DNA of 64,000 nucleotides, from positions 19,654,001 to 19,718,000 of the forward strand of contig OZ024763.1 of the NCBI GenBank assembly GCA_964016885.1, read 5' to 3'. Numbering within the stretch: the stretch's first letter is position 1; the number at the start of each line of letters is the position of its first letter. Positions 25,210-36,582 of this stretch are shown here, one piece after another. The DNA is from Eledone cirrhosa (Eukaryota). The position numbers were made by a program, and so were the translations under genes. Below the pieces are notes generated by a model. The model was not told the origin of the DNA and did not search any database. It was given only the letters and a program-made list of their open reading frames with translations.

Positions 25210-25782
25210 TATGATGATGATGATGATATATACCTTGTGTTTGTATTTTATTCGCAAGATTTCTTATCTGAAAACGTGTTGAAACAGATATAGTTATACT
25301 TTGGAAGGGTCATCCCAACCAGTAAAAAAACATTGACCTTTTGGTTTTCACTTCAGATTATTACAAATTTCCTGTTGGTTAGTTTAATAACCGGATGGTG
25401 GTTTATTTATTGTCATAGCTCTTTTGTCACACATTCTCTGACCTCCTCAGTGACTAATTTATTTTGTGTCTCTCTTTTTTACTGCCCTACACCAAACAAG
25501 ATGTACAATAGAACAGAGGAGAGACATAAAATAGCAACTTAGTCACTAAGGTGGTCACAGAATGTGGGACAAAAGAGCTTTGACATTAATATAAATAAAC
25601 AACCATACACTTATTAAGCTAACCGACTGCGAGTTTATAATAAATTGAAGTGAAAACCAATTGTGTGTTTTTATTGGCAGCATGACCCTCCCAAAGTATA
25701 ACTATGTCTGTTTCAACACGCTTTCAGATAAATCTTGCAAAACAAATATAAAAACGAAGTATGTGTGTCATCATCATCATCA
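25210..25782. repeat. Old diverged inverted repeat (~265-bp arms)
   Basis: atctgaaaacgtgttgaaacagatatagttatactttggaagggtca vs tgaccctcccaaagtataactatgtctgtttcaacacgctttcagat; agctcttttgtc vs gacaaaagagct. Confidence 0.85.
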
Positions 25783-26287
25783 CTGCCATATTAAGTCTAT
25801 TTTCCATGCTTGATTGTGTTAGGGGGCCAGAGAGAGGGTTGCGTTCTGAGGCTAGACAGGTCAGATGACTGTCTCACGCACATGTGAACTGTTTTTGCGT
25901 GGGTTCTACAGCCGGTTACCCTTCCAAATACCAACCCCTTCTTGGTGTGTACCAGGTATGTAGCTGCTATTTCTAACAGGTCCCAACAACCCCATAGAGG
26001 TCCCTATATTGTCTTACCGTCATTGCCCTTGTTTGGCCCTAAATCAGCCGCTAATGAATAGACCCACACCTATGACCAAAGACATTCCCCCTGGGGGTGT
26101 AGGTTCTTGTTTGGCCCCAAATCAGCCGTTAATGAGCAGACCAGATCCTATGACCATAGACATCCCCCTGGGGGTATGGGGAAAGAGGGGTGACCCATTG
26201 TGGGGGCTTATTATCCTATACTTTTCTTCTTTTTATGTTGTTGTTGTTATTTTTGTTTTTAGTTTTGTTGCTTTTGTTTATTTCCAG

Positions 26288-26407
26288 ACTGAACAACAAT
26301 CAAGTCTTGCTGAAGTCCACAGTAAAATTGCTCCAGCTGGCCACGATGTTGACAATCCTGACCAAGAATGTCTTCTCTACCTCTGGACACTCTACAAACA
26401 AGCTGAG
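26288..26407 (+). CDS. CCDC30-like coiled-coil protein, exon 2 (TEQQ...ECLLYLWTLYKQAE)
   Basis: tttccag| acceptor, GAG|gtacga donor, 120 nt, phase 0/0; the L.YLW.L motif recalls the CCDC30 N-terminus. Confidence 0.8.
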
Positions 26408-26469
26408 GTACGATTCTGTTTAGTATATGTGTGTGTGTGTGTGTTTATATTCTGGATATTCATTATATA

Positions 26470-26745
26470 TATCATCATCATCATTTTATGTCTGCTTTTC
26501 CTTGCTTGCAAGGGTTGGACGGGTCCTATTCAGTACAGCATCTCTCCACTTGTCACGATCGTTCGTCATCTCCTCGGTGAGTTTCAACGATCTGAGGTCC
26601 ACTCTCACCACCTCCGCCCATGATTTTTGTGGTCTACCTCTACTGCGTCTTCCTTCTACTGGGATTTCTTGGCACTTCTTCACCCAGCGGTCATCCTCCA
26701 TGCGCATCACATGTCCATACCATCTCAGCCTTCTCCCTGCACACC
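26470..26745 (-). mobile_element. RTE 3' end, short-UTR subfamily
   Basis: RLRWYGHVMRMEDDRWVKKC...GRPQKSW running into a (GAT)n tail. Confidence 0.85.
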
Positions 26746-27185
26746 ACAACTTATCCCTCTTATATATAGACACATCATCATCATCATCATCATCGTCTAT
26801 CTTCCACGCTAACATAATATTGCATAATAAATGCAGACAGTAGATGCTGTACGCTCTCTTGTTGCATCAAGTGTGGCCGAAATTCAAGTACGGGTGTCCA
26901 TTTATGGTACCCATTTACGTGTGTTGTATTGAAGCAAATAACTGTGTCTACTGTAGAATTTTTACATAACCTTACCTATTGAGTACGCTGAGATGCAACC
27001 GGTACTAGCAGGGAAACCTTATGCTAGTCCCGTCAACTTCTTATATATCATCATCGTTTAACGTCCGTGTTCCACGCTTGCATATATATATATATATAAA
27101 TATATACACACAGATATATATATATATACGCACACACACACATATATAAACACACACACACACATATACACACACACAGACACAC

Positions 27186-27219
<34 letters not shown>

Positions 27220-28509
27220 TAAATAAAATAAGTCAAATGTTTAAAATTTAGCTTCGTTTATTACTGCTATATATATTATCTTATTTTACATTACTCCGGA
27301 GTAACCAAACCAACCTGCGTACTTCATCGAGTGCTCCAATCTGCATACTGAGGTGTTGGTATACAACCAACATATACTAAAAAAAAATATATATATATAT
27401 ACACATACATACACGAAACAAATTACTGCAGATAATCAATAAATTTTACCAATAATTAGAAGTCGATATACGCTGCCATACAAACAAGTCAACAAAAACC
27501 CTGGAGTTAATTCCATTGATTTCCTCAGATTCAGCGCTTGTGTGTACAAAGCTACGGACCTCCCTTAAAAGGTTTTTGTGAAACCACTTACTTTTGTGTC
27601 TCAAATCATGTAATGTAATCCTTGTGGTAGGTTGTGGCTATTACTGAACAATTGAACAAGTTAGAGCAGAAACATGTGTAGGAATTAATACAAGACACTT
27701 CATATATATATAACAATATGACCCTCCCCAAGTATAGCAGTATATATATATATGTGTGTGTGTGTACATATATATATGTACATATATATATATGTGTGTG
27801 TGTGTGTGTTTGTATGTATGTATGTGTGTGTAACTAGCTGTTGAAACGGCAAGAGCTCAGCCATTGAGTCCTAACTCTTTATATCCCTCGCTCCCTCCCT
27901 CTCCGTCCCCCTCTCTCACCCCCCCCTCTCTCACCCCCCCCCCCCCCCTTCACCGTCACCTCTCTCCCTATCTCTCCCTCTCACTCCCACTCTCTCTACC
28001 TTAGTTTCCGTTTGCTTCACTCTAGCTTGGTTAGCAACCAAATGTTTAGGTGTTGTTGTTGTTGTTGTTGTTGTTGTGGTATTAATGGTGAAGGTAATGG
28101 GGGGTGGGGTGGTTGCGTGTAAGGGAATGTCAATTCTGTGTTTGTTAACAGCAAAATCCACTTAACAGTAAAATATTCTCCGAGAGAGAGAGAGAGAGAG
28201 AGAGCGGTGGTGTGGTGGATGATGAGCGAGATGAATAACGTGGGAGGGGTGGGGATGTGGGGTTGGGTGAGGGGGTTATGTGGTGGTGGTGGTGGTGGTT
28301 GGGTAGTTTTATGGTGCTAGTGGTGTGGTTCTATATGGTGGTGGTTGGAATATGATGTTTGTGGTGGTGGCTGTGGTGATGTTGTGTGGTGGTGGAGAAG
28401 GGAGGTAACTCAACTAGAGATAGTTTTGCTGTGTATTGGAATTCGTAACATTTTTTTTAAAAATAAGATTGTTGCCTCCAAGATCTAAGCCACTCACTGC
28501 TGGCTGTAT

Positions 28510-28718
28510 GTAGTGTACACACACATAGGAAAATATACACACTCACACACAGGGATATATATATATATATATATACACATACACACATATAGGAAAATAT
28601 ACACACTCACACACAGGGATATATATATATATACACACATACACACTCACACACAGGGATATATATATATATATATATACACATACACACACATAGGAAA
28701 ATATACACACTCACACAC

Positions 28719-28761
<43 letters not shown>

Positions 28762-28898
28762 CACACACATAGGACAATATACACACTCACACACAGGGAT
28801 ATATATATATATACACACATACACACTCACACACAGGGATATATATATATATATATATATACATACACATACATAGGACAATATACACACTCACACAC

Positions 28899-28955
<57 letters not shown>

Positions 28956-29034
28956 CACACACATAGGACAATATACACACTCACACACAGGGATATATAT
29001 ATATATATATATACACACATACACACTCACACAC

Positions 29035-29069
<35 letters not shown>

Positions 29070-29102
29070 CACATACATAGGACAATATACACACTCAAAC
29101 AC

Positions 29103-29147
<45 letters not shown>

Positions 29148-29180
29148 CACATACATAGGACAATATACACACTCACACAC

Positions 29181-29231
<51 letters not shown>

Positions 29232-29294
29232 CACACACATAGGACAATATACACACTCACACACAGGGATATATATATACACACACTCACACAC

Positions 29295-29358
<64 letters not shown>

Positions 29359-30766
29359 GCACACAGAGTTAACAACGAATATAGTGAAGAGTTTAGCGTA
29401 AAAGTTGGTGTTCATCAGGGCTCCGTCCTTAGCCCCCTCTTATTTATTATCGCCCTCCAAGCTATAACGTTGGAGTTCAAGACCGGCTGCCCATGAGAAC
29501 TTCTATATGATCTAACGCTTATAGCCGAATCAATGGCTGAACTAGAGAAGAAATTCCAAACATGGGAAATGGCCATGCTCAGTGTGTAGGAAAGGAGTAG
29601 GCAGAAACTCCATTTTATGTCCCAAATGCAAAGTATGGGTACATAAAAGATGTAGTGGGATCACAGGTAAGCTAACTAAGAATATAGATTTTATATGTGG
29701 CCGGTGCTCTGGTGCAATAAGTAGCAGCAAATGCCCACAAAATACTAGCTCATTCCATTGCACAGATGGTTCTATAGAAATAGTGGACACCTTCCGTTAC
29801 CTGGGTGACAAAATCAGCAGTGGGGGAGGGTGCTCTGAAAATACTGTAGCTAGAGTCAGAACGGGAGGGAAAAACTTTAGAGAGCTTATACCACTATTGG
29901 CCACTAAAGGTTTCTCTCTAAAAATGAAAGGCAGGCTGTATGATGCCTGCGTACGAACAGCAATGTTACATGGCAGTGAGACCTGGGCATTGTGTGCAGA
30001 GGATATACGCAGACTGGAGAGAAACGAGAAACGAAGCTTGCATGCTCCGCTGGATGTGTAATAGTAATATACGCGAATGGCAAAGCATAAATGAACTAAG
30101 TGAAAAATTAGGAATAAGAGGGATCAGATGCTGTTTACTCGAGAGAAGACTACGTTGGTATGGCCGCGTGATGCGCATGAAAGACAACAGCTGTATGAAA
30201 AAGTGCAGGGCGATCAAAATAGACGGTAGCTACGGAGTAGGCAGAAAAACCTGGGACGACTTGATCAATTCCGACCTCACACACTTACACCTCTCCAAGA
30301 CAATGTCACTGGACCAAGATCTTTGGTGCTACGCAGTAATACAGAAGACCAGCCTTGCCTAAGTACAAAGCGAAACCTACAGTCAGTAGGCACCTCTTAA
30401 CCAAAATACATCCCCGTCCCACTACCCCTACCCCACCCCCATCTACACCACCCCTTTCAATGTAAAGCTATGTTGGTACCACAACATCCAGTCCTAAATA
30501 AATGAGGTTGTGTAGGTGTCACGACAAAAAAATACACAGTCCACGCTGTAATGTGGCCATGTAGGTAACACGGTAAAAACCTCCCAGTCCACACTGTAAA
30601 CATGGTTGGTGTTAGGAAGGGCATCCAGCCATAGAAAACCCGCCAGACAGTCCTATATGAGCAAGACAACCAATCTTGCCTCAAATGGGACAATTCCCGT
30701 CCAGACCCATGCTAGCGTGGAAGATAGACGTTAAACAATGATGATGATGATGACTCACACACAGGG

Positions 30767-30799
<33 letters not shown>

Positions 30800-31240
30800 C
30801 ACACACAGGGATATATCTATATACACATACGCACACATAGGACAATATACACATTCACGCACAGAGGGATATATATGTATACACACACACAAGAAAATAT
30901 ACACACTCACACAGAGGGATATACACACACACATAGGAAAATACACACACTCTCACAGGGATATATATGTATACACATACACACATACATAGGAAAATAC
31001 ACACACTCTCACAGGGATATATATGTATACACATACACACATACATAGGAAAATATATACACTCTCACAGGGATATATATGTATACACACATACATAGGA
31101 AAATATATACACTCACACAGAGGGATATATATATATTCACTCAAACACACAAAGGCATATACTGGCAGATACACACACACATAAACACAAAGAGGGATAT
31201 ATATATACACACACACATAAACACACTGGGATACACACAC
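28510..31240. repeat. Compound minisatellite (catagga(c/a)aatatacacactcacacacagggat + variable (TA)n), interrupted by an RTE
   Basis: The same block occurs on both sides of the 29358-30753 insertion. Confidence 0.85.
29358..30753 (+). mobile_element. RTE LINE, RT C-terminal part to tail, with Cys/His finger insertion
   Basis: [40 protein letters not shown]...CGRC, FRYLG, LHGSETW, WYG.VMRM; frameshifted. Confidence 0.92.
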
Positions 31241-31244
31241 ATAT

Positions 31245-32140
31245 ATGGACGAGTGCACCACCATGCATTTTGGGAGTAAAAACCCAGCGTCCACATATTC
31301 CCTCCACAACACTAATATCAAGAAGTCTTCCTGTGAACGTGACCTGGGCATTACGGTCAGCAGCGATTTGCGTTGGACGAAGCACGTCTCTAAAATTGTC
31401 AAGAGGGCCGAGGATGTCTTAGCATCACTCAGCAAGACCTTTGTCAGCCGCTCTCCAGCTATCTATTTAAGGCTGTACATGGCTATGGTGCAGCCACACT
31501 TAGAATTTGCATCACCAGTCTGGAACCCCTATCTTGCTCAGAACATTGACTGCCTGGAAACTGTTCAGAGACGTGCAACCAAGCAATACCCTCCATCAGG
31601 CATCTACCATACTCTGAATGCCTTGCTTCCCTGGGAATGGATACATTGAAGCTCCGACGCCTGGCAACTGACTTGGTAAACACCCACAAAATTGTTAACC
31701 ATCTTGCCAACAACAACCCTGAGTACCTTTGTTTCCATGTGTCTAACACACGTGGACATGCGCACAAAGTCAGAAAACAGCACAGTTCCCATGACTTTTG
31801 GAAACATTTTTTGATGCTCAGAGTTACTGAAGTATGGAACTACCTGCATCAATTGTTAGCTGTCAAGACACTGCATCCTTTAAAACTTCCATGGAACAAA
31901 CTACCTGCATCAGTTGTTAGCTGTCGTGACACTGCATCCTTTAAAACCTCCATGCTTTCCGAGATTCGCCAACACTACACCTAATGTTCCCTCTCCATAC
32001 ACATACACACATGTATATCATGACTCATACACTGTCCACTTCCCTGACATTTGTATATTATTCTATGTACTATACATACACCTTTGACGAGTTGTAGTGC
32101 ACCTGAGCACTTTACACAATAATTTCATTATATTATATTA
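31245..32140 (+). mobile_element. CR1-clade LINE 3' fragment
   Basis: ERDLGITVS...YMAMVQPHLEFASPVWNPY...LETVQRRATK; 3' end gtagtgcacctgagcac...ttcatta. Confidence 0.9.
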
Positions 32141-32142
32141 TA

Positions 32143-32305
32143 GAGGGTCGGACGCCATGCTTTCCAGCATAGTTACGTCCCTTTACGATCTGAGTTCAAA
32201 TCCCGCCGAGGTTGACTTTGCCTTTCATCCTTACGGGGTCGATAAAATAAAGTACCAGTAATGCACTGGGTAATTGCTGGCCTTGTGCCTAAAGTAGAAA
32301 CAATT
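32143..32305 (+). mobile_element. SINE family A
   Basis: Reverse complement of 18202-18390. Confidence 0.85.
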
Positions 32306-33214
32306 ATATTATATTATATATATACACGCTCACACATATATACACACGCACTCACGCACAGGGATATATATGTATACACATAGGAAAACACAGGGATATC
32401 ATCATCATCACCGTTTTACATCCATTTTTCGACGCTAGCATGGGTTAGACGAGTTGTCCTGTAGTGGGCAATGCTAGGTCAGGTGACCATGTTTTGTTCA
32501 TACAGAACTGGTGTATATATATATATATATATACACACTCACACACACATATACACACACCCTCACACAAAGGCATACACGGACACATAAAAAAAACACC
32601 AACTCACACACACAGGCATATACACACACATAAGCACTCATACATGGAGCCATAAATTCATGTACAGACACACACACACATATATATATATATATACACA
32701 TATATAAATATACATACACACAGACACACACACATATATATATATATATGGTGGCTGCCCCCTCATTATCGAGTACAGCCATGCTGTCGTGCAATGCTTG
32801 TGGGTGAAGATTCTTTATCCACTGAGCCAATCCCACTCTCTGAGAGACAGTAGCTGTAACCTGAAAAGAAGAAAAGATCAACATCATCAGTAACTACTGA
32901 GCCGCAGGTTTTATGTCAGAGTTAACCCAGTTTCCTGAGATGCCTTCTAGAAGAATGCCCTGATAAGGGCTAGGGGTCCTTCACTCCCAGTGGTTTAACC
33001 GCATGATTGGGTATCCAGCCTGATTATTTCTATGTCCCCAGGCATATATATATACATACATACACACAAGATTGTTGACCACCACAAGATCTGAGCCAGT
33101 CACTGCTAGCTGTATGAGGTTTTCACACACAGCAGAAAACACACATAAACACGCATACATGGAGTCACTAATTTATGTACAAATACACACAAATACACAA
33201 ACATTTATATATAT

Positions 33215-34070
33215 GTATGTTGGTGCCACAAAATCCAGGCCGAAACAAATGAGATCGTGTAGGTGTCACGACAAAAAAAAAAACACACAGTCCACGCTGT
33301 AAATGTGACCGTGTAGGCAACACGGTAAAAACCTCCCAGTCCCACACTGTAAATGTGGTTGGTGTTAGGAAGGGCATCCAACTGTAGAAAACCCGCCAGA
33401 CAGTCCACGCTGTAATGTGGCCGTGTAGGCAACACGGTAAAAACCTCCCAGCCCCACACTGTAAATGTGGTTGGTGTTAGGAAGGGCATCCAACTGTAGA
33501 AAACCCGCCAGACAGTCCACGCTGTAATGTGGCCGTGTAGGCAACACGGTAAAAACCTCCCAGTCCCACACTGTAAATGTGGTTGGTGTTAGGAAGGGCA
33601 TCCAACTGTAGAAAACCCGCCAGACAGTCCACGCTGTAATGTGGCCGTGTAGGCAACACGGTAAAAACCTCCCAGCCCCACACTGTAAATGTGGTTGGTG
33701 TTAGGAAGGGCATCCAACTGTAGAAAACCCGCCAGACAGTCCACGCTGTAATGTGGCCGTGTAGGCAACACGGTAAAAACCTCCCAGCCCCACACTGTAA
33801 ATGTGGTTGGTGTTAGGAAGGGCATCCAGCTGTAGAAAACCCGCCAGACAGTCCACGCTGTAATGTGGCCGTGTAGGCAACACGGTAAAAACCTCCCAGC
33901 CCCACACTGTAAATGTGGTTGGTGTTAGGAAGGGCATCCAACTGTAGAAAACCCGCCAGACAGTCCTATGCGAGCAAGACAACCACTCTTGCCTCAAGTG
34001 GGAAAACTCCCGTCCAAACCCATGCAAGCATGGAACACGGACGTTAAACGATGATGATGATGATGATGAT
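33215..34070 (+). mobile_element. RTE 3' UTR with ~6 tandem 112-bp units
   Basis: Near-identical ORFs offset by 112 nt (33365, 33477, 33589, 33701); (GAT)n tail. Confidence 0.9.
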
Positions 34071-34075
34071 GTATA

Positions 34076-34265
34076 TATAGGAGAAGAGTCAGGACCCCGA
34101 CGGCTGAGCTCCGGCCGTTTCGACTGTTCAGATCTAGCTGTCGAAACAGCCGGAGCTCAGCCGTCGAGGTCCTGACTCTTCTCCTATTACCCACTCTACT
34201 ACCCTAAGTATTGAGTACTCTGGTGCGTTATGGTCCACCCGGTTCCTTACCATACTTCCTTCGTT
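34076..34265. mobile_element. Penelope-type fragment: fold-back hairpin built from a hammerhead 3' half
   Basis: Arms 34076-34128 / 34138-34187 contain GAA-ACGGC...GCCGT-C (stem III plus GUC); downstream gtattgagtac motif shared with 2585 and 55820 (-). Confidence 0.55.
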
Positions 34266-34964
34266 ATATATACCTACACACACACACACATACACACGTA
34301 TAAAGTGGATGTATATATATATATACACACACATAATTTGTACATTATTCTATGTACTATACATGCACCTTTGATGAGTTGTAGTGCACCTGAGCACTGT
34401 ACACAATAATTTCATTATTATTATTATTATTATAAAGTGAACATGTAAAAGACACAGTAAAAAGCACCCAGCCCACACCCTAAATGTGGTTAGCATTAGG
34501 AAGGGCATCTAGCTGTAGAAAACCAGCCAGAAACACCCCTATTTGAGCGAAACACAGTCACCCGACACAACTTGCTTTAAAATAGGACCCATCTAACCCA
34601 TGCTAGCGTGGAAGATGGATGTTAATCGATGATGATGATGATGATATATATACACACACACACATAAATACATATACATATACACACATAAGATTGTTAA
34701 CCCCAGAGTCACTCTCTACTGGCTGTATGTAGAGTTCACACACATAGTAAACACACAGAAGCACACACACACACACACACATAAACACACGTGTGTGGAA
34801 TAAACGGGGAGTGATTGGAAAATTGGTAATTTTTCTAGGTTGCCTCCATAGATTATTTTAAAAAAAACAGAATTAGTCGTTTAGTTTACATATTGAGACC
34901 CCAACCCATCCTATTTATTTTATAATGGATGGGATTTCTAGTAATGTACTTTTTTTTGTCATAA

Positions 34965-34969
34965 TAATA

Positions 34970-35000
<31 letters not shown>

Positions 35001-36050
35001 TAATAATGAAATTATTGTGTACAGTGCTCAGGTGCACTACAACTCATCAAAGGTGCATGTATAGTACATAGAATAATGTACAAATGTCAGGAAAATGAAC
35101 AGTGTATGAGTCATGATATAATAACAATAACAATAATGAAATATTGTGTACAGTGCCCAGGTGCACCACAACTCATCAAAAAAGTGCATGTACAGTACAT
35201 AGGGCAATGCACAAACATCAGTAAAATGAACAGTGCATGAGTCATGATACACACATGTGTGCATGTGTATGGAAGGGGTACATCAGGTGTAGTTTTGGCG
35301 TATTTCGGGAAGCATGAGTGTCTTAAAGGATGCAGTGTCTCGGCAGCTAACAATTGACGCAGGCAGTTTGTTCCATGCTTCAGCAACTCTGAGCGTGAAA
35401 AAATGTCTGCGAAAGTCATGGGAGCTGTGCTGTTTTCTTATCTTGTAGGCATGTCCACGTGTGTTAGACACATGGAGATCAAAGAGGCGCTCAGGGTTGC
35501 AGTTGGCAAGATGGTTAAAAACTTTGTGGGTATTCACCAAGTCCATTGCCAGACGTCGGAGCTTCAATGAATCCATGCCCAGGGAAGCAAGGCGTTCAGA
35601 GTATGGTAGGTGTCTGATGGAGGGTATGCGCTTGGTTGCACGTCTCTGAACAGTTTCCAGGAGGTCAATGTTCCGAGCAAGATAGGGGTTCCAGACTGAT
35701 GATGCGAATTCCAAGTGTGGTCGCACCATAGCTGTATACAGTTTTAAATAGATGGCTGGAGAGCGGCTAACAAAGGTCTTGCTGAGTGATGCCAAGACAC
35801 CCTCGGCCTTCTTGACAATCTTAGAGACATGCTTTGTCCAACGCAAATCGTTGCTGACAGTAATGCCCAGGTCACGTTCACAAGAGGACTTTTTGATGTC
35901 AGTGTTGTGGAGGGAGTATGTGGACGCTGGATTTTTCCTTCCAAAATGCATGGTGGTACACTTGTCCACAGCCAGCTTCAGCTGCCAGTCTGTGATCCAT
36001 TGCTGCATTGTGTCCAGGTCTGATTGTAGGAAAGAGTTGTAAATTTCATC
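34965..36050 (-). mobile_element. CR1-clade LINE 3' fragment with doubled 3' UTR and (ATT)n tail
   Basis: Intact 241-aa ORF 35283-36008 (WQLKLAVDKC...RPHLEFASSVWNPY...WNKLP). Confidence 0.93.
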
Positions 36051-36582
36051 TATAATCTTTTTCTATTGTCCAACTCTTTAGCATTTATACCAGCCATACC
36101 CAGCCAGAATTCTCTCACTTCTTTCTGTTCAAACCAGCTGTAACTGGCTGCTCATACTGATGTTAAAGTATTGGTCTCAAAATAAATAACATCAAAATGT
36201 TATAGATTCGATATTATGTGAGATAATTATGTGAGGTAAAGCCTTTACCATGAAAATACAATAGTATATATAGAGTAATGTAAATGTTAGGTGAGATATT
36301 ATGTGAGTTAAAGCCTTTACCATGGAAATATAATAGTATATATAGAGTAATTTCTTTATTTGCCACCAGGGCACAAAAGGTAGGGACAGATACAAGGGGG
36401 GAAGTTTACATATAATTAACGAGTACAAAAATATAACAATGAAATAACAACAAGCGAAGTCCTCAATAGGGAGGGGGCATTAACATGGGTCGCACACACC
36501 CCGGAAAAATTGTGCAACCCTTCTCCTCAGGAGCACAAAGAGTAGGTGCTTCCCTCGTCTCCTCTTTTTCCTCTTCTTTCAC

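Noticed and set aside
28510-29360. CRISPR-like constant repeats with variable spacers
   Set aside because: Spacers are just (TA)n of varying length; eukaryotic context, no cas genes
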